Made by a program: the position numbers and the translations under genes
DNA from: Eledone cirrhosa
Taxonomy: Eukaryota
NCBI GenBank assembly: GCA_964016885.1
Contig: OZ024755.1
Coordinates: 43,648,001 to 43,712,000, forward strand
Length of the DNA: 64,000 nt
Reading direction: 5' to 3'
In this document: positions 12,511 to 26,200 of the stretch, one piece after another
How the letters are laid out: every line of letters begins with the position of its first letter
Position numbering within the stretch: the stretch's first letter is position 1
The notes under the pieces: generated by a model
The model's database searches: none
Told to the model about the DNA's origin: nothing
What the model saw: the letters and a program-made list of their open reading frames with translations, nothing else

Positions 12511-15500
12511 CCAACGTATACTGTATACCACATTTGACAGTACCAACGTAAACTGTGTACCACAGTTGACAGTACCAACCTATACTGTGTACCACTGGTG
12601 ACAGTACCAACATATACCGTGTACCACAGTTGACAGTACCAACATATACTGTATACCACTGTTGACAGTACCAACATATACTGTGTACCACAGTTGACAG
12701 TACCAACGTATACTGTGTATATTACCACAGTTGACAGTACCAACATATACTGTGTACCACAGTTGAGAGTACCAACGTATACCGTGTACCACAGTTGACA
12801 GTACCAACATATACTGTGTCCCACAGTTGACAGTACCAACATACACTGTGTACCACAGTTGAAAGTACCAACGTATACTGTGTACCACAGTTGACAATAC
12901 CATCATATACTGTGTACCACAGTTGACAGTGCCAACATATACTGTGTACCACAGTTGACAGTACTAACATATACTGTGTACCACAATTGACAGTACCAAC
13001 GTATACTGTGTACCACAGTTGACAGTACTAACGTATACTGTGTACCAAAGTTGACAATACCAACATATACTGTGTATCACAGTTGACAGTACCAACATAT
13101 ACTGTGTACCACAGTTGACAATACCAGCGTATACTGTCCACCACAGTTGACAGTACCAACATATACCGTGTACCACAGTTGAGCGTACCAACATATACTG
13201 TGTACCACAGTTGATAGTACCAACATATACTGTGTACCAAAGTTGACAGTACCAACATATACTGTATACCACAGTTGACAGTACCAACGTATACTGTGTA
13301 CCACAGTTGACAATACCAACGTATGCTGTGTACCACAGTTGACAATACCAACATATACCGTGTACCACGGTTGACAGTACCAACATATACTGTGTACCAC
13401 AGTTGACAGTTCCAACATATATGGTGTACCACTGTTGACACTACCGACATATACTGTGTAGCACATTTGACAGTACTAACATATACTGTGTACCACAGTT
13501 GCGAGTACCAACATATACTGTGTACCACAGTTGACAGTATCAACATATACTGTGTACCATTATTGACAGTACCAACATATACTGTGTACCACAGTTGACA
13601 ATACCAACATATACTGTGTACCACAGTTGACAGTACCAACATATACTGTGTACCACAGTTGACAGTACCAACATATACTGTGTACCATAGTTGACAGTAT
13701 CAACGTATATGTGTACCACTGTTGACAGTACTAACATATGCTGTGTACCACAGTTGACAGTACCAACATATACTGTGTACCGCAGTTGACAGTACCAACA
13801 TATCCTGTGTACCTCAGTTGACAGTACCAACATATACTGTGTACCACAGTTGACAGTACCAACATATACTGTGTACCACAGGTGACAGTACCAACGTATA
13901 CTGTGTACCACAGTTGACAGTACCAACATATACTGTGTACCACAGTTGACAGTACCAACATATACTGTGTACCACAGTTGACAGTACTAACATATACCGT
14001 GTACCACAGTTGACAGTACCAACATATACTGTGTAGCACAATTGACAGTACCCACATATACTGTGTACCATAGTTGACAGTACCCACGTATACTGTGTAC
14101 CACAGTTGACAGTACCAACATATAATATGTACCAAAGTTGTAAGTACCAACGTATACTTTGTACCACTGTTGACAGTACCAACATATACTGTGTACCACA
14201 GTTGACAGTACAAACATATACTGTGTACTACATTTGAGATTACCAACATATACTGTTTACCACATTTGACAGTACCAACATATACTGTGTGGCACAGTTG
14301 ACAGTACCCACATATACTGGGTACCCCAGTTGATAGTACCAACGTATACTGTGTACCACATCTGACAGTTCCCACATATACAGGGTACAACAGTTGACAA
14401 TACCATCATATACTGTGTACCACAGTTGACAGTACCAACATATACTGTGTACCACAGTTGACAGTACCAACGTATACTGTGTTCCACAGTTGACAGTACC
14501 AACATATACTGTGTACCATAGTTGACAGTGTCAACGTATCTGTGTACCACAGTTGACATTACTAACATATGCTGTGTACCACAGTTGACAGTACCAACAT
14601 ATACTGTGTACCAGAGTTGACAGTACCAACATATACTGTGTACCACAGTTGACTGTACCAACATATACTTTGTACCACAGTTAACAGTACTAACATATAC
14701 CGTGTACCACAGTTGACAATACCAACATATACTTTGTACCACAGTTGACAGTACCGACATATACTGTGTACCACAGTTGACAGTACCAACGTATACTGTG
14801 TACCACAGTTGACAGTACCAACATATACTGTGTAACACAGTTGACAGTACCAACATATACCGTGTACCACAGTTGACAGTACCAACGTATACTGTGTACC
14901 ACAGTTGAAAGTACCAGCATATACTGTGTACCACAGTTGACAGTACCAACATATACTGTGTACCACAGTTGACAGTACCAACATATACTGTGTACCACAG
15001 TTGACAGTATTAACGTATACTGTATACCACATTTGACAGTACCAACGTAAACTGTGTACCACAGTTGACAGTACCAACCTATACTGTGTACCACTGGTGA
15101 CAGTACCAACATATACCTTGTACCACAGTTGACAGTACCAACATATACTGTATACCACTGTTGACAGTACCAACATATACTGTGTACCACAGTTGACAGT
15201 ACCAACGTATACTGTGTATATTACCACAGTTGACATTACCAACATATACTGTGTACCGCAGTTAACAGTAGCAACATATACCGTGTACCACAGTTGAGAG
15301 TACCAACATATACTGTGTACCACAGTTGACAGTACCAACATATACTGTGTACCATAGTTGACAGTGCCAACATATACCGTGTACCACAGTTGACAATACC
15401 AACATTTACTGTGTACCACAGTTGACAGTACCAACATATACTGTGTACCACAGTTGACAGTACCAACGTATACTGTGTACCACAGTTGACAATACCAACA

Positions 15501-17279
15501 TATACTGTGTACCACAGTTGACAGTACCAACATATATGGTGTACCACTGTTGACACTACCGACATATACTGTGTAGCACAGTTGACAGTACTAACATATA
15601 CTGTGTACCACAGTTGAGAGTACCAACATATACTGGGTACCACTGTTGACAGTACCAACATATACTGTGTACCACAGTTGATTGTATCAACATATACTGT
15701 GTACCACTGTTGACAGTACCAACATATACTGTGTACCACATATGACTACCAACGTATACTGTGTACCACAGTTGACAGTACCAACATATACTGTCTACCA
15801 CAGTTGACAGTACCAACATATACTGTGTTCCACAATTGACAGTACCAACATATACTGTGTATCACAGTTGACAGTACCCACATATACTGTGTACCACAGT
15901 TGACAGTACCAACATATACTGTGTTCCACAGTTGACAGTGCCAACATATACTGTGTACCACAGTTAACAGTACCAACATATACTGTGTACCACAGTTGAC
16001 AGTACCAAAATATACTGTGTACCACAGTTGACAGTACCAACATATACTGTGTACCTCAGTTGACAGTACCAACATATACTGTGTACCACAGTTGATAATA
16101 CCAACATATACTGTGTACCACAGTTGACAGTACCAACATATACTGTGTACCACAGTTGACAATACCAACGTATACTGTGTACCACAGTTGACAGTACCAA
16201 CATATACTGTGTACCTCAGTTGACAGTACCAACATATACTGTGTACCACAGTTGACAGTACCAACATGTACCGTGTACCACAGTTGATACTACCAGCGTA
16301 TACTGTGTACCACAGTTGAGAGTACCAACGTATACTGTGTACCACAGTTGACAGTACCAACATATACTGTGTACCACAGTTGACAGTACCAACATATACT
16401 GTGTACCACAGTTGACAGTACCAACATATACTGTGTACCTCAGTTGACAGTACCAACATATACTGTGTACCACAGTTGACAATACCAACATATACTGTGT
16501 ACCACAGTTGACAGTACCAACATATACTGTGTACCACAGTTGACAGTACCAACGTATACTGTGTACCACAGTTGACAGTACCAACATATACTGTGTACCT
16601 CAGTTGACAGTACCAACATATACTGTGTACCACAGTTGACAGTACCAACATGTACCGTGTACCACAGTTGATAGTACCAACGTATACTGTGTACCACAGT
16701 TGAGAGTACCAACGTATACTGTGTACCACAGTTGACAGTACCAACATATACTGTGTACCACAGTTGACAGTACCAACATATACTGTGTACCACAGTTGAC
16801 AGTACCAACATATACTGTGTACCACTGATGACAGTACCAACATATACTGTGTACCACTGTTGACTACCAACATTTACCGTGTACCACAGTTCAGAGTACC
16901 AACGTATACTGTGTATGTTACCACAGTTGACAGTACCAACATATACTGCGTACCACAGTTGACAGTACCAACGTATACTGTGTACCACTGTTGACAATAC
17001 CAACATATACTGTGTACCATAGTTGACAGTACCAACATATACTGTGTACCACAGTTGACAGTACCAACATATACTGTGTACCTCAGTTGACAGTACCTAC
17101 ATATACTGTGTACCACAGTTGACAGTACCAACATGTACCGTGTACCACAGTTGATAGTACCAACGTATACTGTATACCACAGTTGAGAGTACCAACGTAT
17201 ACTGTGTACCACAGTTTACAGTACCAACATATACTGTGTACCACAGTTGACAGTACCAACATATACTGTGTACCACAGT

Positions 17280-20200
17280 TGACAGTACCAACATATACTG
17301 TGTACCACTGTTGACAGTACCAACATATACTGTGTACCACTGTTGACTACCAACATATACCGTGTACCACAGTTCACAGTACCAACGTATACTGTGTATG
17401 TTACCACAGTTGACAGTACCAACATATACTGTGTACCACAGTTGACAGTACCAACATATACTGTGTACCACTGTTGACTACCAACATATACCATGTACCA
17501 CAGTTCACAGTACCAACGTATACTGTGTATGTTACCACAGTTGACAGTACCAACATATACTGTGTACCACAGTTGAGAGTACCAACATATACTGGGTACC
17601 ACAGTTGACAGTACCAACATATACTGTGTACCACAGTTGACAGTACTAACGTATACTGTGTACCACAGTTGCCAATGCCAACATATACTGTGTACCACAG
17701 TTGACAGTACCAACATATACTGTGTACCACAGTTGACAGTACCAACATATACTGTGTACCACAGTTAACAGTACCAACATATACTGTGTACCACAGTTGA
17801 CAGTACCAACATATACTGTGTACCACAGTTGACAGTACCAACATATACTGTGTACCTCAGTTGACAGTACCAACATATACTGTGTACCACAGTTGACAAT
17901 ACCAACATATACTGTGTACCACAGTTGACAGTACCAACATATACTGTGTACCACAGTTGACAGTACCAACATATACTGTGTACCACAGTTGACAGTACCA
18001 ACATATACTTTGTACCACAGTTGACAGTACCAACATATACTGTGTACCACAGTTAACAGTACCAACATATACTGTGTACCACATTTGACAGTACCAACGT
18101 ATACTGTGTACCACAGTTGACAGTACCATCATATACTGTGTACCACAGTTGACAGTACCAACGTATACTGTGTACCAGAGTTGGCAGTACCAACATATAC
18201 TGTGTACCACAGTTGACAGTACCAACATATACTGTGTACCACAGCTGACACTACCAACATATACTGTGTACCACAGTTGAGAGTACCAACATATACTGTG
18301 TACCACAGTTGACAGTACCAACATGTACCGTCTACCACAGTTGAGAGTACCAACGTATACTGTGTACCACAGTTGATTGTAGCAACGTATACACTGTACC
18401 ACAGTTGACAGTACCAACATATACTGTGTACAACAGTTGACAGTACCAACATATACTGTGTACCACAGTTGACAGTACCAACATATACTGTGTACCACAG
18501 TTGACAGTACCAACATGTACCGTGTACCACAGTTGATAGTACCAACGTATACTGTGTACCACAGTTGAGAGTACCAACGTATACTGTGTACCACAGTTGA
18601 CAGTACCAACATATACTGTGTACCACAGTTGACAGTACCAACATATACTGTGTACCACAGTTGACAGTACCAACATATACTGTGTACCACAGTTGACAGT
18701 ACCAACATATACTGTGTACCACAGTTGACAGTACCAACATATACTGTGTACCACTGTTGACTACCAACATATACCATGTACCACAGTTCACAGTACCAAC
18801 GTATACTGTGTATGTTACCACAGTTGACAGTACCAACATATACTGTGTACCACAGTTGAGAGTACCAACATATACTGGGTATCACTGTTGACAGTACCAA
18901 CATATACTGTGTACCACAGTTGACAGTACCAACATATACTGTGTACCACAGTTGACAGTACTAACGTATACTGTGTACCACAGTTGCCAATGCCAACATA
19001 TACTGTGTACCACAGTTGACAGTACCAACATATACTGTGTACCACAGTTGACAGTACCAGCATATACTGTGTACCATAGTTGAAAGTGCCAACATATACC
19101 TTGTACCACAGTTGACAATACCAACATATACTGTGTACCACAGTTGACAGTACCAACATATACTGTGTACCACAGTTGACAGTACCAACGTATACTGTGT
19201 ACCACAGTTGACAGTACCAACATATACTGTGTAACACAGTTGACAGTACCAACATATACCGTGTACCACAGTTGACAGTACCAACGTATACTGTGTACCA
19301 CTGTTGAAAGTACCAACATATACTGTGTACCACAGTTGACAGTACCAACATATACAGTGTACCACAGTTGACAGTAGCAACATATACTGTGTACCACAGT
19401 TGACAGTACCAACGTATACTGTATACCACATTTGACAGTACCAACGTACACTGTGTACCACAGTTGACAGTACCAACCTATACTGTGTACCACTGGTGAC
19501 AGTACCAACATATACCGTGTACCACAGTTGACAGTACCAACATATACTGTATACCACTGTTGACAGTACCAACATATACTGTGTACCACAGTTGACAGTA
19601 CCAACGTATACTGTGTATATTACCACAGTTGACAGTACCGACATATACTGTGTACCACTGTTGAGAGTACCAACGTATACCGTGTACCACAGTTGACAGT
19701 ACCAACATACACTGTGTACCACAGTTGAAAGTACCAACATATACTGTGTACCACAGTTGACAGTACCAACATATACAGTGTACCACAGTTGACAGTAGCA
19801 ACATATACTGTGTACCACAGTTGACAGTACCAACGTATACTGTATACCACATTTGACAGTACCAACGTACACTGTGTACCACAGTTGACAGTACCAACCT
19901 ATACTGTGTACCACTGGTGACAGTACCAACATATACCGTGTACCACAGTTGTCAGTACCAACATATACTGTGTACCACTGTTGACTACCAACATATACCG
20001 TGTACCACAGTTCACAGTACCAACGTATACTGTGTATGTTACCACAGTTGACAGTACCAACATATACTGTGTACCACAGTTGACAGTACCAACATATACT
20101 GTGTACCACTGTTGACTACCAACATATACCATGTACCACAGTTCACAGTACCAACGTATACTGTGTATGTTACCACAGTTGACAGTACCAACATATACTG

Positions 20201-23200
20201 TGTACCACAGTTGAGAGTACCAACATATACTGGGTACCACAGTTGACAGTACCAACATATACTGTGTACCACAGTTGACAGTACTAACGTATACTGTGTA
20301 CCACAGTTGCCAATGCCAACATATACTGTGTACCACAGTTGACAGTACCAACATATACTGTGTACCACAGTTGACAGTACCAACATATACTGTGTACCAC
20401 AGTTAACAGTACCAACATATACTGTGTACCACAGTTGACAGTACCAACATATACTGTGTACCACAGTTGACAGTACCAACATATACTGTGTACCTCAGTT
20501 GACAGTACCAACATATACTGTGTACCACAGTTGACAATACCAACATATACTGTGTACCACAGTTGACAGTACCAACATATACTGTGTACCACAGTTGACA
20601 GTACCAACATATACTGTGTACCACAGTTGACAGTACCAACATATACTTTGTACCACAGTTGACAGTACCAACATATACTGTGTACCACAGTTAACAGTAC
20701 CAACATATACTGTGTACCACATTTGACAGTACCAACGTATACTGTGTACCACAGTTGACAGTACCATCATATACTGTGTACCACAGTTGACAGTACCAAC
20801 GTATACTGTGTACCAGAGTTGGCAGTACCAACATATACTGTGTACCACAGTTGACAGTACCAACATATACTGTGTACCACAGCTGACACTACCAACATAT
20901 ACTGTGTACCACAGTTGAGAGTACCAACATATACTGTGTACCACAGTTGACAGTACCAACATGTACCGTCTACCACAGTTGAGAGTACCAACGTATACTG
21001 TGTACCACAGTTGATTGTAGCAACGTATACACTGTACCACAGTTGACAGTACCAACATATACTGTGTACAACAGTTGACAGTACCAACATATACTGTGTA
21101 CCACAGTTGACAGTACCAACATATACTGTGTACCACAGTTGACAGTACCAACATGTACCGTGTACCACAGTTGATAGTACCAACGTATACTGTGTACCAC
21201 AGTTGAGAGTACCAACGTATACTGTGTACCACAGTTGACAGTACCAACATATACTGTGTACCACAGTTGACAGTACCAACATATACTGTGTACCACAGTT
21301 GACAGTACCAACATATACTGTGTACCACAGTTGACAGTACCAACATATACTGTGTACCACTGTTGACTACCAACATATACCATGTACCACAGTTCACAGT
21401 ACCAACGTATACTGTGTATGTTACCACAGTTGACAGTACCAACATATACTGTGTACCACAGTTGAGAGTACCAACATATACTGGGTATCACTGTTGACAG
21501 TACCAACATATACTGTGTACCACAGTTGACAGTACCAACATATACTGTGTACCACAGTTGACAGTACTAACGTATACTGTGTACCACAGTTGCCAATGCC
21601 AACATATACTGTGTACCACAGTTGACAGTACCAACATATACTGTGTACCACAGTTGACAGTACCAGCATATACTGTGTACCATAGTTGAAAGTGCCAACA
21701 TATACCTTGTACCACAGTTGACAATACCAACATATACTGTGTACCACAGTTGACAGTACCAACATATACTGTGTACCACAGTTGACAGTACCAACGTATA
21801 CTGTGTACCACAGTTGACAGTACCAACATATACTGTGTAACACAGTTGACAGTACCAACATATACCGTGTACCACAGTTGACAGTACCAACGTATACTGT
21901 GTACCACTGTTGAAAGTACCAACATATACTGTGTACCACAGTTGACAGTACCAACATATACAGTGTACCACAGTTGACAGTAGCAACATATACTGTGTAC
22001 CACAGTTGACAGTACCAACGTATACTGTATACCACATTTGACAGTACCAACGTACACTGTGTACCACAGTTGACAGTACCAACCTATACTGTGTACCACT
22101 GGTGACAGTACCAACATATACCGTGTACCACAGTTGACAGTACCAACATATACTGTATACCACTGTTGACAGTACCAACATATACTGTGTACCACAGTTG
22201 ACAGTACCAACGTATACTGTGTATATTACCACAGTTGACAGTACCGACATATACTGTGTACCACTGTTGAGAGTACCAACGTATACCGTGTACCACAGTT
22301 GACAGTACCAACATACACTGTGTACCACAGTTGAAAGTACCAACGTATACTGTGTACCACAGTTGACAATACCATCATATACTGTGTACCACAGTTGACA
22401 GTACCAACATATACTGTGTACCACAGTTGACAGTACTAACATATACTGTGTACCACAATTGACAGTACCAACGTATACTGTGTACCACAGTTGACAGTAC
22501 TAACGTATACTGTGTACCAAAGTTGACAATACCAACATATACTGTGTATCACAGTTGACAGTACCAACATATACTGTGTACCACAGTTGACAGTACCAAC
22601 ATATACTGTGTACCACAGTTGACAGTACCAACATATACTGTGTACCACTGTTGACTACCAACATATACCATGTACCACAGTTCACAGTACCAACGTATAC
22701 TGTGTATGTTACCACAGTTGACAGTACCAACATATACTGTGTACCACAGTTGAGAGTACCAACATATACTGGGTATCACTGTTGACAGTACCAACATATA
22801 CTGTGTACCACAGTTGACAGTACCAACATATACTGTGTACCACAGTTGACAGTACTAACGTATACTGTGTACCACAGTTGCCAATGCCAACATATACTGT
22901 GTACCACAGTTGACAGTACCAACATATACTGTGTACCACAGTTGACAGTACCAGCATATACTGTGTACCATAGTTGAAAGTGCCAACATATACCTTGTAC
23001 CACAGTTGACAATACCAACATATACTGTGTACCACAGTTGACAGTACCAACATATACTGTGTACCACAGTTGACAGTACCAACGTATACTGTGTACCACA
23101 GTTGACAGTACCAACATATACTGTGTAACACAGTTGACAGTACCAACATATACCGTGTACCACAGTTGACAGTACCAACGTATACTGTGTACCACTGTTG

Positions 23201-26200
23201 AAAGTACCAACATATACTGTGTACCACAGTTGACAGTACCAACATATACAGTGTACCACAGTTGACAGTAGCAACATATACTGTGTACCACAGTTGACAG
23301 TACCAACGTATACTGTATACCACATTTGACAGTACCAACGTACACTGTGTACCACAGTTGACAGTACCAACCTATACTGTGTACCACTGGTGACAGTACC
23401 AACATATACCGTGTACCACAGTTGACAGTACCAACATATACTGTATACCACTGTTGACAGTACCAACATATACTGTGTACCACAGTTGACAGTACCAACG
23501 TATACTGTGTATATTACCACAGTTGACAGTACCGACATATACTGTGTACCACTGTTGAGAGTACCAACGTATACCGTGTACCACAGTTGACAGTACCAAC
23601 ATACACTGTGTACCACAGTTGAAAGTACCAACATATACTGTGTACCACAGTTGACAGTACCAACATATACAGTGTACCACAGTTGACAGTAGCAACATAT
23701 ACTGTGTACCACAGTTGACAGTACCAACGTATACTGTATACCACATTTGACAGTACCAACGTACACTGTGTACCACAGTTGACAGTACCAACCTATACTG
23801 TGTACCACTGGTGACAGTACCAACATATACCGTGTACCACAGTTGACAGTACCAACATATACTGTGTACCACTGTTGACTACCAACATATACCGTGTACC
23901 ACAGTTCACAGTACCAACGTATACTGTGTATGTTACCACAGTTGACAGTACCAACATATACTGTGTACCACAGTTGACAGTACCAACATATACTGTGTAC
24001 CACTGTTGACTACCAACATATACCATGTACCACAGTTCACAGTACCAACGTATACTGTGTATGTTACCACAGTTGACAGTACCAACATATACTGTGTACC
24101 ACAGTTGAGAGTACCAACATATACTGGGTACCACAGTTGACAGTACCAACATATACTGTGTACCACAGTTGACAGTACTAACGTATACTGTGTACCACAG
24201 TTGCCAATGCCAACATATACTGTGTACCACAGTTGACAGTACCAACATATACTGTGTACCACAGTTGACAGTACCAACATATACTGTGTACCACAGTTAA
24301 CAGTACCAACATATACTGTGTACCACAGTTGACAGTACCAACATATACTGTGTACCACAGTTGACAGTACCAACATATACTGTGTACCTCAGTTGACAGT
24401 ACCAACATATACTGTGTACCACAGTTGACAATACCAACATATACTGTGTACCACAGTTGACAGTACCAACATATACTGTGTACCACAGTTGACAGTACCA
24501 ACATATACTGTGTACCACAGTTGACAGTACCAACATATACTTTGTACCACAGTTGACAGTACCAACATATACTGTGTACCACAGTTAACAGTACCAACAT
24601 ATACTGTGTACCACATTTGACAGTACCAACGTATACTGTGTACCACAGTTGACAGTACCATCATATACTGTGTACCACAGTTGACAGTACCAACGTATAC
24701 TGTGTACCAGAGTTGGCAGTACCAACATATACTGTGTACCACAGTTGACAGTACCAACATATACTGTGTACCACAGCTGACACTACCAACATATACTGTG
24801 TACCACAGTTGAGAGTACCAACATATACTGTGTACCACAGTTGACAGTACCAACATGTACCGTCTACCACAGTTGAGAGTACCAACGTATACTGTGTACC
24901 ACAGTTGATTGTAGCAACGTATACACTGTACCACAGTTGACAGTACCAACATATACTGTGTACAACAGTTGACAGTACCAACATATACTGTGTACCACAG
25001 TTGACAGTACCAACATATACTGTGTACCACAGTTGACAGTACCAACATGTACCGTGTACCACAGTTGATAGTACCAACGTATACTGTGTACCACAGTTGA
25101 GAGTACCAACGTATACTGTGTACCACAGTTGACAGTACCAACATATACTGTGTACCACAGTTGACAGTACCAACATATACTGTGTACCACAGTTGACAGT
25201 ACCAACATATACTGTGTACCACAGTTGACAGTACCAACATATACTGTGTACCACAGTTGACAGTACCAACATATACTGTGTACCACTGTTGACTACCAAC
25301 ATATACCATGTACCACAGTTCACAGTACCAACGTATACTGTGTATGTTACCACAGTTGACAGTACCAACATATACTGTGTACCACAGTTGAGAGTACCAA
25401 CATATACTGGGTATCACTGTTGACAGTACCAACATATACTGTGTACCACAGTTGACAGTACCAACATATACTGTGTACCACAGTTGACAGTACTAACGTA
25501 TACTGTGTACCACAGTTGCCAATGCCAACATATACTGTGTACCACAGTTGACAGTACCAACATATACTGTGTACCACAGTTGACAGTACCAGCATATACT
25601 GTGTACCATAGTTGAAAGTGCCAACATATACCTTGTACCACAGTTGACAATACCAACATATACTGTGTACCACAGTTGACAGTACCAACATATACTGTGT
25701 ACCACAGTTGACAGTACCAACGTATACTGTGTACCACAGTTGACAGTACCAACATATACTGTGTAACACAGTTGACAGTACCAACATATACCGTGTACCA
25801 CAGTTGACAGTACCAACGTATACTGTGTACCACTGTTGAAAGTACCAACATATACTGTGTACCACAGTTGACAGTACCAACATATACAGTGTACCACAGT
25901 TGACAGTAGCAACATATACTGTGTACCACAGTTGACAGTACCAACGTATACTGTATACCACATTTGACAGTACCAACGTACACTGTGTACCACAGTTGAC
26001 AGTACCAACCTATACTGTGTACCACTGGTGACAGTACCAACATATACCGTGTACCACAGTTGACAGTACCAACATATACTGTATACCACTGTTGACAGTA
26101 CCAACATATACTGTGTACCACAGTTGACAGTACCAACGTATACTGTGTATATTACCACAGTTGACAGTACCGACATATACTGTGTACCACTGTTGAGAGT

